Notes: generated by a model not told the origin, from the letters alone. A stretch of DNA of 64,000 bases from the human T2T-CHM13v2.0 reference genome, Homo sapiens (GCF_009914755.1 NC_060945.1); one strand, 5' to 3'; shown: positions 1 to 16,240, numbered from the stretch's first letter. Numbers and translations are program-made.

Positions 1-250
<250 letters not shown>

Positions 251-2014
251 TTATTATGTATTTTTAAGCAAATTATTGGATCATACCATTGCACCCAAAC
301 AATGCTGCCGTGTTACACAGCCATTTGTCCAGCCTCCTGTTCTATGGATGAAGATCACCAGGGTTCTCCACTTTCCAGACGAACGAAGCCACTGACGACC
401 CGACAGGCCACGTGACTTGGCACAGCGCAGCCCTCAGGATCAGGGTCCTATCAGAGCCCTCTGGGGATGCTGGTTGTGCCTGGTGGCATTGCAGGAGGGA
501 ACGAGCCCTGCCTGGACTGTCCCCAGGTGATCACACACATGCCACCGGGATGAGGCAGGAGGGTGGACCCTTGTGAGAGGAACAAGCCACGGGTGCTCTG
601 TCCCCTGGCATCCCCTCAGCAGCAGGACTCTAAATCCCCTCGCCTCCTACTGAAGGAGGAGAGAAATGAGTAAGAAATTGAAGTTACCACTAACGTTATT
701 TTTAGAAACTGCAGTACGAAATGAAAAAAAAATGTCTCCAGACTGCCGAGTGGGGGAAACGAGAAATACATGCCTCCAAATTATATGAAAGGCAAGAAAA
801 CCACCCAAGTGCCAGTGACTCACAGGAGCTGGGGTGGGTTCAATCAGGATAGGGAACTCCTGGAGGGCCTTCAACTGGGCGGCAAGTTGATGGCACTGCT
901 GTCACCCTGCAGGAAAGACCCGGCTCTCTTCCAAAGCCTCCCCAGCCATTTGCAAGCTCAGCGTGGGAAGCAGGCTGGGCTGAGCACGTCCAGGGCTCCC
1001 AAACTACGCTGGAGCCAAAATCCAGGACTCCCGCCTGAATTGGGATCCTTGGAGCGGGGTGCTGGAGGGAATGCTGCGGCCTCTCAGGTCTGTGACCGCG
1101 TCCACGCCAAGGCTTGCTGCATGCAACCCGTAAGCTGAGAGTTGCCACCATCCAGACACCACCCTGTGCAGCGGAGTGGGGCAGGGCAGGACTGAGAGAC
1201 GGTGTCTGCCCTCCAGACCACCTTGCAGGCCCATGCTGTGGGGCTCAGTCTCCCTCACCCTGGGGCATGGATCAAGCAGGCCTGTCCCCTCTAAGAATGC
1301 CCCATCTCTGTAGTCCTCTGTAAAAGTCACTAATGCTTTCTGCCAAGTATTTCCAATTCTTGCCCCTTCTAGGCTCCTGCAGCAATTCCGCTCCCAGCCT
1401 CCTACCATGTTGGCCAACATTTTGACACGTGAACCTTCTGGGCTGGGCATGGGTCATGTGGCAGAGCCATTTCCCCTGGCCATGGGGACTGGCAACATCC
1501 GACACGTCGGCTGCTCAGTGAGCCTGGTCCAGGCGTGGCAGTGTGAGGCAGAGTCCCCCAGCCCAGTAGCCCCCCAGTAACTGGGTAACCAATGTGACAG
1601 GACGGCCACGGGGAGGCCGGGGTGGTGCTCAGTGGGCAGAGGTGGCTCATTTACAGCACTGTGCCTGTGACGCTGTGGGAAGCCGACCTCACACCTAACA
1701 AAATCGCAGCTCCAGAGGAGGGGCCTGGAAACGATGTTAGTAGTAATGGGTGTTGCTTGCCTTTGGATTGCTTTAGAAAGATATTATAAGGAAATGATGC
1801 ACTCAGAAAGTAATTATGTGGTTTGTAAGCCAGGATGAAAGGGAACGGAGAGTTCAATTCAGGAACGTGCAGGACTAAACAGAAGCTCCTCAAATACCAA
1901 CAGCAAAATGGTAAAATGGAAAGATGCCTGAAGCAACAGCTGCCACAAAAGCTCAACGTCTTCAAGAGGGAAATCAAGCCATGGCCTCATGTCCACTTCC
2001 ACCACATCTCTTAA

Positions 2015-3001
2015 GAAAAAACTCAAATCTTTTTTTCTCTGCTCTCACACAACTACAACAATCAGCACAGAAGACTTCTGTGACCCCAAAATATGTGGAG
2101 ATTTCTCCCCACCAGCAAGCAAGCAGTCAGCACTACAGCAGACACCGTCTGGGTGTCCTGTAATTCCATCCTGACACTCTACCTGGAGAGAGCTTGTATT
2201 CCATAGGATGGGGGCTCCGTCCCCAAGACTGCCCCCTCCCACCTCAGACACCAGTTGCAAGCCTGTGCCTCTGGAACTTCTGACCAACTGGCTATAAATC
2301 AGGGTTCCCACAACCCCATCTCTGGGTTCAATTAATTTGCTGGAGCAGCTCATACAACTCAGGAAAACACTTATGTTTACCAGTTTGTTATAAAAGACAT
2401 TGCAAAAGATACAGATGAAGAAACACATAGGGCAAAGTATGGGGGAAAGGGTGCAGAGCTTCCATGCCCTCCCCAGGGGCCACCCTCCAGGAGCCTCTGT
2501 GTGGTCAGTGTTCAGCCATCCTGAAGAGCCCTTTCCTCTTGGGCCTTTCATGGAGATGCATGGGGTGGGCATGATTGACAACCATGTAGAAATATGATTG
2601 GCCCAAAAGGATATGGTCTAAACCCGGCGAGGCTGTCTGGCCACATTCTTCTTGGCTTTTCTGGGCAGCATTCCCTCCTCCAGGGTGTGGGGTAGGACCC
2701 CCTCTGGAATGAGGGGCTTATGACCCACAAGCAGATTAGGGTTCCACCTGCCCAAGGCAGGTGAAAAGAGGGCAGAAGAAGATCAGGGAGAGAGATTCTG
2801 TTTGTTAGGGCTGTGGGAGTTATAAGCCAGGAACTGTGGACAAAACCCCATATATATATATATGTATATACATACATATATGCATATATTAAGCCATATG
2901 TGTATGTATGTATATATACATATACATATATGTATATACATCTATATGGGGTTTTGTCCACATTTTTTATACATTTTTTTTATATATAAGATAATATTAC
3001 A
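2015..3001 (-). mobile_element. MER21-family LTR
   Basis: Matches recalled MER21 reverse complement (CACAGAAGACTTCTGTGACC...CTACCTGGAGA...GGCTATAAATCAGGGTTCCCACAACCCC), with (TA)n near the end and terminal AATATTACA. Confidence 0.75.
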
Positions 3002-3204
3002 ATGTCTGAATGGACCGAAGTGAATCATGTCAGGTGGACACAATGGCTCGGGAAAAACAGACAAAGGGTATGGCATTCCTATGTAAGCTCTGTCGCCTCG
3101 AGAGGCCTGCAATCGTCTCTCTCCATAATTTCAGTAAGAAGCCGAACAAACGCATTTTTAAGAGGATGGTAACACCAAAGGACCTATAAACCTAGAAGAA
3201 AATC

Positions 3205-3780
3205 ATCAATTATCATTATCTGTAGCAGTTTATGTTCTAAAAAGTCACTGTAAACACGGATTTAGAGATGAATGAACCATGCTCCTAGGAGAAAGACAGG
3301 GTTAAGGTTCCTGAGAGCTCTGGTCACTAAATTTTCATCAATCCACACACGATCTTGTTTTATGTGTGTTTCTGTTTAAAGACACCTGTGTAATATTGTT
3401 GACTCATTAACATTGAAGCTTTCTCTAAGATGCCTTTTTTCTCTGTCTGGCACATGGCACCCGGCTTCCCAGTGCTTAGGACCACATCAGCACTATGCTT
3501 GGGCCAACTTAGACAGCAAAACCACCCAAAAAAAAAAAAAAGTCACTAAGGAGACCATGGAAAGACCCGTGTTTACAGGATGAGCTAGAACGAGAAGGCA
3601 GAACGTCACTGTGTGCGACCTCAGCTGGGAACATGCACATCCTATGTCTTAAACTTTCCCCCTCCCTGTATGTGTCCAGTGACCCGGAGTGCCCCAAGTA
3701 TTGATGTGGGGGTTACAAATACATTTTCCCCAGCGGGTGAATTCACAGACTGCATTTGTGATCGTTTGAGAACTTGAGAA
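3205..3780 (-). mobile_element. MER44 (Tigger7-derived) DNA transposon fossil
   Basis: Reverse complement matches recalled MER44: CCTAGGAG, TTTATGTGTGTTTCTGTTTAAAGACACC, CGACCTCAGCTGGGAAC, GGGGTTACAAAT. Confidence 0.75.
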
Positions 3781-4379
3781 TAACCCAGGGCTCCCATTCT
3801 TTGAGGAGTGGCAGAGAGGCTGAGAAAGTGGGGACTCTCCAGTGCCTGGGACGCAGGTGGCCCAGGGGACAGACCAAAGGAAGGGCCAGTCACTGCCACC
3901 AAGAACATGGACTGGGGCCTGCCTAGGGAGGAGAGCTAGGGCCACATCAGGGAGTGTCCCCTACCGAACTGGGATCTCCGGCTGGCCGCACTCCACGATT
4001 GCCATGTGCTTGCCACTCTGCCCCTCTCTGAATGGGGGCTGGTTGCTATTGTCTCTGCTCCCACATTTCATAGTAAACAGGTAGGAAAAGTGAATGACTT
4101 GTCTTTCCACTTCATAGGTCTCCAGTCCAGAAAGGGCCTGTCCAGACCCGCTGAGGACCACTGGACACCACCCACAATGGAGAGACCACCTAGATCGCCA
4201 GGGCAGCCGTAGCACTTCCGGCAGGACTGGTGGGAACTTCAGGTAGGACTGGCGGGAACTTCAGGTGGGAGAGAGAGAATGTTCTTCATACGTGAGGGGA
4301 AGAAGCTTGACCTTGGGATGGCCATGTGATGTCAGCACTGGTCAGTTACTTCTGGTTTCTCTACTCTGGGAGGGTGGCA

Positions 4380-4680
4380 GTGTGGTAGGCGGGTCCCCAG
4401 GAAACAGACTCAGATTCGGACCCTAGCAGGCAGGAGGCTCATCGTGAAGTTCCCTTGGGGTCAAGGGTCATGGAAAGGAGGCAGCAGAGGATGGCACAGG
4501 GAGAGAGACGGCAGCCTTGAGCCCCCATGGAGAGAGAGAACCATCCCATCACGCTTGGCCCAAACAGCCATGCCTGACCTTCCCTAGGGGTCGTTCAGGC
4601 CTCCTCTGCGGCAGGTGCTCTCTGGGAGCACCTGCCTGTTACACACAGATCTTTGCACCTCCTGCCCACTCCCCCACGTC
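4380..4680. mobile_element. Old ERVL LTR fragment (LTR16/LTR33-like)
   Basis: GGGTCCCCAGGAAACAGACTCAGA...GCAGGAGG resembles the LTR16/33 terminus; ERVL internal remnants lie nearby. Confidence 0.4.
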
Positions 4681-4849
4681 CAACCCATGCCTCATCCCTG
4701 ACTGCCCATCCCCACTCTCCACATCGCTCCCATTCTGGGTTCAGCCGGCAAAGTCGTTGGCCATTGCCCATGGGTTCAGAGATCTTCTAACCTCACAGCC
4801 ACTTACACAGAGGGGATGACCACTGGGAGAATGTTCCCTCATCACCCTC

Positions 4850-5216
4850 TGTGTTAGTCCATTCTCACATTGCTATAAAGATACTACCCAAGACTGGGTA
4901 ATTTATAAAGAAAAGAGGTTTCATTGACTCACAGTTCTGCATGGCTGGGGACGCCTCAGGAAACTTACAATCATGGCAGAAGGGGAAGCAGGCACGTCTT
5001 ACGTGGTGGTGGGCGAGAAAGACAAGTGCAAGCAGGGGAATTGCCAGACACTTATAAAACCATCAGATCTCATGAGAACTCCTTCACCATCACGAGAACA
5101 GCATGGGGAAAACAGCCCCCATGATCCAATCACTTCCCATCAGGTCTCACCCTCATCACCTGGGGATTACAGTTCAAGATGAGATTTGGGTGGGGACACA
5201 GAGCCAAACCATATCA
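4850..5216 (-). mobile_element. THE1D/MST-type MaLR solo LTR with 5-bp TSD CCCTC
   Basis: TGTGTTAGTCC...GAGCCAAACCATATCA; CCCTC at 4845-4849 and 5217-5221. Confidence 0.92.
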
Positions 5217-5859
5217 CCCTCTTTAAAGGGCAGCTTGCTGAGACTGGAGTATGGCAGCCAGGCGATTTGGGCTGGCCCCACAGGCAGAGCAGACACCTCC
5301 ATGAACTGAGGCCGGGCTTGTCCCTCCCTCCTCAGTTCACCAGAAGGTTCCTCCACTGGGGCTGTGGGGACTGCTGTGGAGGGTGGGGGGGGTACTGGGC
5401 AGCTGCCGCTGCTTGGCCTCCTGCTCCTGCTTCTGCTGCTGCCACACGCACACTCCCACCTGTGATGGGTTATTTCTGAGTCCCCAACCTCATGACCCAG
5501 GGGTGAGACAGAATCCAGCTCATCTGAGCAGTTCCACATGCACAATCAGGTATTCCATCACCCCAGGCCCCAGGAGCACATCAGCAGGGACTTTTCAGAA
5601 TTTTTTGCAGAATCCTCTGCCGCAGATGGCACGGCTTTGTTTCTGAATCCCAGGGGCCTGCACTGTGATTCTGGCATAGTGGCTTGCCATAAACACACAG
5701 CATTGCTTTCCCACGTCTGATACCTCTCATAACACAGGGTCCGACCAGCTGCAGGGCCTGAGTCACAGGGCTGCCAGCACTGCAGCCTCGACCTGCTGCA
5801 GGCTCAGGGAAGGCCGACAGCTTCTCCTATCAATGGTACATAGGCTGGAGTAGTCTTCA

Positions 5860-6210
5860 TGTGTGTGGAACGTGCTGCCTCCAGAAGGCGTACTGGCATT
5901 GTCTGTCTCTCTTGGTCATGGGAGATGCAAGATGCAGTAATTGGCTCTTTGCTGTGGACGGGAGGCCCAATATGCTCCTGGTTATGGGATATGGGACCTC
6001 CCCACCAAGAGTGTTATTAGTGGCAGTTCCCAGAATCTTTGTAGGATTTGTCTGCCAGCTGCAGGCACTCAGGCATCTTACCAAGACTCCCAGTGTGTTA
6101 GCTGCTTCTTGGTTAGCACCCGGCCAGCGCAATGTAATCAATGTGGTGGGCCAGTGCCATGCTCTTTGGGATATCCAGCTTGTCCAGCTCTCTCTGGGCT
6201 TCCTTAGGGC
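5860..6210 (-). mobile_element. Decayed ERVL pol (reverse transcriptase) fragment
   Basis: Minus-strand translation AHHIDYIALAG / NQEAANTLGVLVRCLSACSWQTNPTKILG / LLHLASPMTKRDRQCQYAFWRQHVPH parallels ERVL RT (HYIDDIMLIG, EQEVANTL, WEINPTKIQG, LLHLAPPTTKKE, FWRQHIPH). Confidence 0.8.
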
Positions 6211-6646
6211 ATAGAATACATGGTTTATTAGCACATAACACTGAGGCAAAGCCAAGGTCCACTGTTATTCATCCTATGTGAAGGCAGGCTCTTTCGGATG
6301 CTCTTTCCTCGTAGGAATAGAAAAGAATGCACTTGCCATCTCAGTGGGGCAGAGCACACACCTGAGGCTGTGTTGATCCACCTTGACCGAGATCCCGCGC
6401 CTGGCAGGGCAGCTGCCGCTGTGGATTCTCCTTGGTGCAGCTTGCTGAAGTCCACTGTCTTCCTCCAGGAGTCTCCTATTTCTGCAGAGGCCAGCCTGGT
6501 AAATTAAATAGAGATACATTGAAGACCACCACCCCTATCCTTCAGCTCCTTAAGAGTAAAACTGAGTCACAACAGCTTGCATAAATCCTGTTTAAACATT
6601 TCAACTTACATAATCCTATCAACTTTTCATTTGTATGCTGTGGTCC

Positions 6647-7664
<1,018 letters not shown>

Positions 7665-7980
7665 GCACCAGGAACTTCTTTTTTCAACCCCCAGACCATT
7701 CTTCCCTCTCTTGTAAAAAAGATTTAGGTTCCCAGCAGGGGCTGAGCCAAGGGTCTCTCTTGCCAAACTTTAATCTGGACTTATCTGCATCAGCATTGCC
7801 CTAGGTAACTATTGCTCAGCTTTCTCATTGCAATCTTTGCCCTCTGATTTTTTTTTTTAATTTATCCAATCTGGGATAAATACAGAAAACTGGTTTGGGG
7901 CCCTTTAACATTGTGGGGGCCAGTGGAGGCTTCCTTTGGTTCACCCAACTTTTGACAGCATTGATTAAGACCTTTGTTTC

Positions 7981-8280
7981 TGCTGGGCGTGGTGGCTCAC
8001 ACCTGTAATCCCAGCACTTTGGAAGGCTGAGGTGGGTGAATCATTTAAGGTCAGGAGTTTGAGACCATCCTGGCCAACATGGCAAAACCCTGTCTCTACT
8101 AAAAAATACAAAAAAATTAGCAGGGCATGTTGGTGCACGCCTATAGTCCCAGCTACTCGGGAAGCTGAGGCAAACGACTTGCTTGAACCTGGGAGGCTGA
8201 GGTTGCAGTGAGCAGCTGAGATTGTGCAGTGCCAGCCTGGGCAACAGAGCAAGACTAAATCTCAAAAAAAAAAAGAAAAA
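7981..8280 (+). mobile_element. Alu (S/J)
   Basis: Full dimeric Alu with A tail. Confidence 0.93.
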
Positions 8281-8323
8281 CTTTTATTTTAACTCCATCA
8301 ATTTCCATTTTATTCTTTTGCCG

Positions 8324-9067
8324 CTATAAAATATTTGAAGAGATTTATTCTGTGCCAAATCTGAGTGACCATGGCCTGTGACACAGCCCTCAGGAGTTCC
8401 TGAGAACATGTGCCCAAGGTGGTCGGGGCACAGCTTGTTTTTATATATTTTAGGGAGGCATGAGACATCAATCAAATACATTTAAGAAATACATTGGTTT
8501 GGTTCAGAGAGGCGGGACAACTCAAAGCGGGGCCTTCCAGGCTATAGGTAAATTTAAACATTTTCTGGTTGACAATTGGTTGAGTTTATCTGAAGACCTG
8601 GGATCAATGGAAAGGAATGTTTAGGTTAAGGTAAAGGATTGTGGAGACCAAGTTTTATTGTGCAGAGGAATCGCTCAGATAGCAGACTTCAGAGAGAGAG
8701 AGAGCAGGTTGTAAAATGTTTCTTTTCAGACCTAAAAGGGTGCCTGGCTCTTAGTTGATTATCTCCGGGATCTGGAAAAAAAGGGAAGGAAAACAAAGTG
8801 GGAAGGGCATTCTCTATAGAATGCGGATTTTTCCCACAAGAGACTTTGCAGGGCAATTTCAAGGTATGGCAAGGAAATATATTTTGGGGTTAAATATTTT
8901 TTTCCTTGTCTCATAATGTTATGCCAGAGTCAGATTGAAAGTAAGTCACAATATATAGGGTTAAATAAAACCCACCTGATGAGAATTTATGGTTTGTAGG
9001 GCATGATTCCCCAGACCCCTTAAGTAGGAATTTGGGCAAGATAAAAAATAAGAAAAAATAAGTCCTC
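8324..9067 (-). mobile_element. MER4-family LTR (MER4D/E-like)
   Basis: AAAATATTTGAAGAGATTTATTCTG...GGAATTTGGGCAAGATAAAAAA...AGTCCTC. Confidence 0.8.
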
Positions 9068-9186
9068 CATTCATTCCATTTCTTAGTAATTATCTAAAGA
9101 TTGCCACCCTGGGATAAGCCCCAAGACTCTCTCGTCTTTCCTCTTAGCCTCATCTATCAATTTTTAAAAATTTATTTACCGTATTT

Positions 9187-9511
9187 TTATTTTATTTTTT
9201 ATTTTTTATTTTTTTGAGACGGAGTTTCGCTCTTTCACCCAGGCTGGAGTGAAGTGGCGTGATCTCAGCTCACTACAACCTCCGTCCCCCCGGGTTCAAG
9301 TGATTCTCCTTCCTCAGCCTCCTGAGTAGCTGGGATTATAGGCACCTGCCACCACGCCCGGCTAATTTTTGTGTGTGTGTTTATTTTTAGTAGAGATGGG
9401 GTTTCTCCATGTTGGCCAGGCTGGTCTTGAATTCCTGACCTCAGGTGATCCACCTGCCTCGGCCTCCCAAAGTGCTAGGATTACAGGCGTGAGCCACCAC
9501 GGTACCTGGCC
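9187..9511 (-). mobile_element. Alu (S) with TSD TATTTACC(G/T)TATTTT
   Basis: Antisense Alu with T-rich tail and flanking direct repeat. Confidence 0.93.
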
Positions 9512-10521
9512 TATTTACCTTATTTTTAAATAACCATTTAAAAATGTCCACTTCCCTTTGATGGATTCTGACTCTTCCTTTTGCCTTTCCCCTGCTCTTA
9601 ACTAACCTCATGTTTTTATCAGCATCTGTAAGACCCATGAGAAGAAACCAGCTGCTTCATCTGAGGTGCTGCACTTGGCATTTATATTGGAGTCAGACCG
9701 TCCCTTCTCAGGGTAAACAGACCTTCCAGTGCCTTTTATCCGGTTCCCCAGGCTGGCTGCTCCCTCAGGAATACTCTCCTGTGTGTCTGGATTGTGTATA
9801 CCCAGCTGCATTGTTCAGTGGTGAGTGTGGGTCCTGCATCAACCCAAACATGCTCTTTCCCTCTGCAGCATTTTAAACCAGAGACACTGCTCCCAAATTA
9901 GTCACTCTCACAATCCATTTTCATAAAGGTTCTTCAGGGAGCTGATGATCCAGATCTACAAAATGGAACAATTCCTTCACACGCCCCTCTAGTTTCAATA
10001 GTCGCTTGCTTTTTCCCTTCCCGAACATTGACTATCTTCTTGGTAACTACAGGTCTCAAAGGTAATTTCTTTTGTTCCTGGCATAATTTTCCCGTTTGTG
10101 GGTAGCTTTGAGGCTGGTGATCTGAGCTCAGACAGACTCACATCTGAGCTCAGACAGACCCAGATCTGAGCTTGGTCCAGCCCCAAGGCCCAACCCAGCA
10201 TTCTCTTCCTTTCATTTTGAAACAATCTTTAAATATCCTCTATTCTACATTAAATTGCTTTTCCTTTCAGCAAAAACCACGTTTTTATAACCTTTACCAA
10301 ACACACTCTGAGTAATCCCAATTTCTGCTGAAAACCCTAGGATTAATTTAACATAACATGACTTTAAGATCTTAAATTCCTGAAGAGAATTTTGAAACTG
10401 GTTTTATTTACCATAGATTACCAAAATCACATGTGCTAAAAGGCATTCGAGCTACCATCTATTTTTCTGATAAAATATTTGATTTAAGCATGTAAATGTT
10501 CTCCTTCATATATTTTGGTAG

Positions 10522-11398
<877 letters not shown>

Positions 11399-12389
11399 GT
11401 AGCGAAGTGTCACATACGCATGACACATATGTAGACGTAGCAGACACAGCAGCAGATCTTATACATTTAATAAGATTTTTCTTTTGCCATTTTTTAAAGA
11501 TTCTCCCTCACTTTAGACTATTAATCTCTTGATTTCCTGTTTCATGCCCTAAACAAATGTTAGGGAGAAAATTCTAAATCTGCATCTCCCAAGACAGGAC
11601 TCTGGGGAAACAGGTAGAAAGGAACAGAACTTCAATCTAAGCAAAAGCAAGGTCTGTTATGTAGACTTTAAGCCATTGTCTTCTCCATAGAGAAAGTTTC
11701 TAGTGGTTTCAGTACGGAGACAGACACGCCCTTACAAATGGAGATTCCCTCTAAAGATGTACATTTCCTTTACAAAGCGTGTTGAAGGCTGATTCGTTGG
11801 ATAGGCGGTCTTTTCAATTTAGCTTGTTTCTTAATTAGATTACTGGCTTTAAGGTAGAGCCCTTTAAGGACCAGGACCAAGAAAGCATGCAGGTTTTAGG
11901 ACCTAAACCACGACTTTCTTATTCAAACGTGCAAACACCCAAGTACCCCCGTATCAATGATCGTTTCCATTGCACGACTGTCCTGAGCCACCTCCAACAC
12001 TATGGCTTTCACCCGCCATCAACCACCAGCCATCACACACATCAAGGTCAAGTCCTCTCACAGTGCCAAGCAGTCTCTAGTGCCCTACAAACAGCCAGCG
12101 AGCCCAGTAACACAGTACAAGAGAGCAGAGCCCTAGACCTGAGGGGAACCTGTCTGCTTACAACCTAGGATGCCACGAGGAAAAACAGGTTCCTCCCAAA
12201 GAGAGGAGACTGGTGCCTTTTCCCTGTTCCCCAAGGATCCTAGGCTGTCAGAAATTTCCTTGTTTAGGTCCTCATGTGTCATTGAAGGTTGCAAGAGGAA
12301 AGAGGGACAGACAGAAGCAAACAGAGAAACAGACAGGGTTCTCGACTGAGAAGTTTTACAGAGAGCAGAGGCCGTAAAGCAATAAGCAA

Positions 12390-12692
12390 GCCGGGCGCAG
12401 TGGTGCAAGCCTGTAATCCCAGCACTTTGGGAGGCTGAAGTGGGTGAATCACCTGAGGTCAGGGGTTCGAGACCAGCCTGACCAACATGGTGAAACCCAA
12501 CTCTACTAAAAATACAAAAATTAGCCGGGCATGGTGGCGGACGCCTGTAGTCCCAGCTACTCTGGAGGCTGAGGCAGGAGAATTGCTTGAACTTGGGAGA
12601 CGGAGGTGCAGTGAGCCAAGATCTCACCACTGTACTCTAGCCTCTAGCCCGGGTGATGGAGCAAGACTCCGTCTAAAAAAAAAAAAAAAAAT
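12390..12692 (+). mobile_element. Alu (S) with TSD AGCAATAAGCAA
   Basis: Dimeric Alu; TSD at 12378-12389 and 12693-12704. Confidence 0.93.
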
Positions 12693-13619
12693 AGCAATAA
12701 GCAATAGGCGTGAACACATATACAACCCACATGGCAGATTGAACCAAGTTACCTTTTGACTGCCAAGCTCTTTTAAAAACCTTTTCCCAGTTGTAATTCC
12801 TACCAAAGCCATTTTACTTTGCCTCTGCTGCTGGCTGGGCTCCATCACCAAACAGGCAGCCCCTAGAAGCAGCCATCCACAGCAGTAGCTGCTCACCACC
12901 CTTCCTTACCGCTATGTGATGGATGGCTCTCAGCTAATGATTGCTTTAAGCATGCCAGCAGTTTAGGGACATCACTGCATTCACACACATGCACCTAAAA
13001 GGCGAACCATGCTGCTCCACGTGGAAGTGGCTGCTGCCTGGGATTTCTCCCACAGATGCTTCATTCCCTTTGCACATTTCTTGGTCTCTCAGTCCACGTT
13101 TTACAGTGGGCAGGTCTAGGCAAACCAGCCCCAAAGTCCAAAGAAGCTGAGAAGCTGACACATTGAGTTTCTTAGAAATGTTTCATACGGACTTACAAAG
13201 AGAAGCCATGGCTGTGTCTCAGGTGGCAACGAGATGAGATGGTGGATCCCTACCCCTCAGCCCCAGACCCAGAGCTTATATAGCACAGGGAGGAGTGGTT
13301 CAGAAGGAATGTGCAGGATGATTGAAGGATGATAATGTCAAGGTTGTTTGACCTAAGGGCAGGACCTACAGTAAGTAGCTGCTCTTACACAGGGAGTGGT
13401 AGATAAACTGGAAATCTTAGAGGCCTCCTCAGAATGTTAATCATAAGCCAATGTAAACCAAAAATAAAATTCTAAGTCCCCCAGCCATCTGAATGAATGC
13501 CTCCTCTTGGCCAAGGGCATTCCAAAGTTAACCTGAAAAGCTAGTTCAGGCTGTGATGGGAATCAGGAGCCAGACATACCTTATTATCCCCTCCTCCCTT
13601 TTGGCATTACTAATAGAAC

Positions 13620-14542
<923 letters not shown>

Positions 14543-14956
14543 GAACAGAATTTTTAAGTCTAATAAGAAACATTTACAATCTATTGTCTCTGAAGGCTGC
14601 TACCTGGAGGCTTCACCTATGGTCTCCACAACCCCTTATCTTCACCCAGACATTCCTAAGTCTTTCAACAGTAACTTAACTCTTTCAACCGACTGCCAAT
14701 CAGAAAATCTTTGAATCTACCTATGACCTGGAAGCCCCCACCTTCCAGTTGTTCCACCTTTCCACACCAAACCAATGTACATCTTCCATTTATTTGAATA
14801 ATGTTTCATGTCTCCCATGACCACCTTGCACCCAGACCACCTTGAACGCATGTTCTCAGAACCTTCTAGGGCTGTGTCACAGGCCATGGTAACTCATATT
14901 TGGTTCAGAATAAATCTCTTCAAACATTTTAGAGTTTGACTCTTCATCAACACCAA

Positions 14957-15316
14957 TATATTAGTCCTTTCTCACACTGCTATAAAGATACTACCTGATG
15001 CTGGGTAATTTATAAACAAAGGAGGTTTCATTGACTCACAGTTCCACATGGCTGCGGAGGCCTCAGGAAACTTACAATCATAGTGGAAGGTGAAGGGGAA
15101 GCAAGGCACAACTTACATGGCAGCAGGAGAGAGAATGAAGAGCGAACTGCTACTTATCAACTATCAGATCTTATGAAAACTCACTCACTATCATAAGAAC
15201 AGCATGGGGGAAATTGCCCCCATGATCCAATCACCTCCCACCAGGTCCCTCCCTCAACACGTGGGGATTGCAATTCGAGATCAGATTTGGGTGAGACACA
15301 GAGCCAAACCGTATCA
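14957..15316 (-). mobile_element. THE1D/MST-type MaLR solo LTR with TSD ACCAA
   Basis: TATATTAGTCC...GAGCCAAACCGTATCA; ACCAA at 14952-14956 and 15317-15321. Confidence 0.9.
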
Positions 15317-15564
15317 ACCAACATGGCAGATTAGCATCCAGGCTGGAGCTGCTGTGGCCTCCACAACCCTCTGTCTCAGTGCCATAATCTCTGGTGTATA
15401 AGAAAGATTTATGTTATTTCTCATTCATACTCCATGTGCACTGCGGTAGTTTTGGGGGCTTTTCTCTCACTCTGGGATCCACCCTAATGAAACAGCCACC
15501 ACCTTAAAGGTTGAAAGAGACCACGCCTCAGGGAATGAGACCTCTGATGCACATTACCTGTGCT

Positions 15565-15669
15565 CACAGCTCATTGGCCACAGCAGCCATGTGACCGCAC
15601 CCAACCACAAAGCTGCACAGCTCATTGGCCACAGCAGCCATGTGACCACACCCAACCACAAAGCTGCAC
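15565..15669 (+). repeat. 51-bp tandem duplication (2 copies, 1 mismatch)
   Basis: CACAGCTCATTGGCCACAGCAGCCATGTGACC(G/A)CACCCAACCACAAAGCTG at 15565 and 15616. Confidence 0.95.
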
Positions 15670-16134
15670 TTGTATGAGGGCAAGACCAACTTCTTCAAAG
15701 CCAGTCACTCAAAGGGGATTCCTTAGAAAGGAATTCCCCAGGGTTGGTTGTCAACACTGGCTAGGACTTCCAGTACAATCTTACTCAGAAGCAGGAAGAG
15801 CAGCCATCATTGCCTCAAAGGAACATTTCACTTTTAATTATGATGGTTTCTGTAGGTTTTGGGGCATATATTTAATCAGATTAAAGAACTTCCATTATAG
15901 TCTAGTTCACTAAGAGTCCTTTTTTAAAATTACAAGTGTACATTGATTTTTTTCATGCCTTTTTCCTAATCTGAGATGGTTTAATCCTGCCTTTAATAGT
16001 TATAAAACTATTCACATTTCATTTATTATTAATTTTGGTAAGTATATTTCTGTTGTATATTTGTTTTCTATTTCAATAATTTCTGTTTTTTTCCTTCCTT
16101 CTACTTTGTTTGTATTTGTTTTTGTTCTAACTTC

Positions 16135-16240
16135 TTTCTTTTTTTGAAACTAGGTCTTGCTCTGTTGCCCAGGCTGGAGTGCAGTGTCACAATCATGGCT
16201 CACTGTGGCCTCCACCTCCCAGGTTTAAGCAATCCTCCTA
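16135..16240 (-). mobile_element. Truncated Alu (J/monomer)
   Basis: TGTTGCCCAGGCTGGAGTGCAGTG...CAATCCTCC. Confidence 0.85.

Noticed and set aside
10160-10215. Faint resemblance to antisense 5S rRNA
   Set aside because: The match is too short and weak, and lies in ERV internal sequence.
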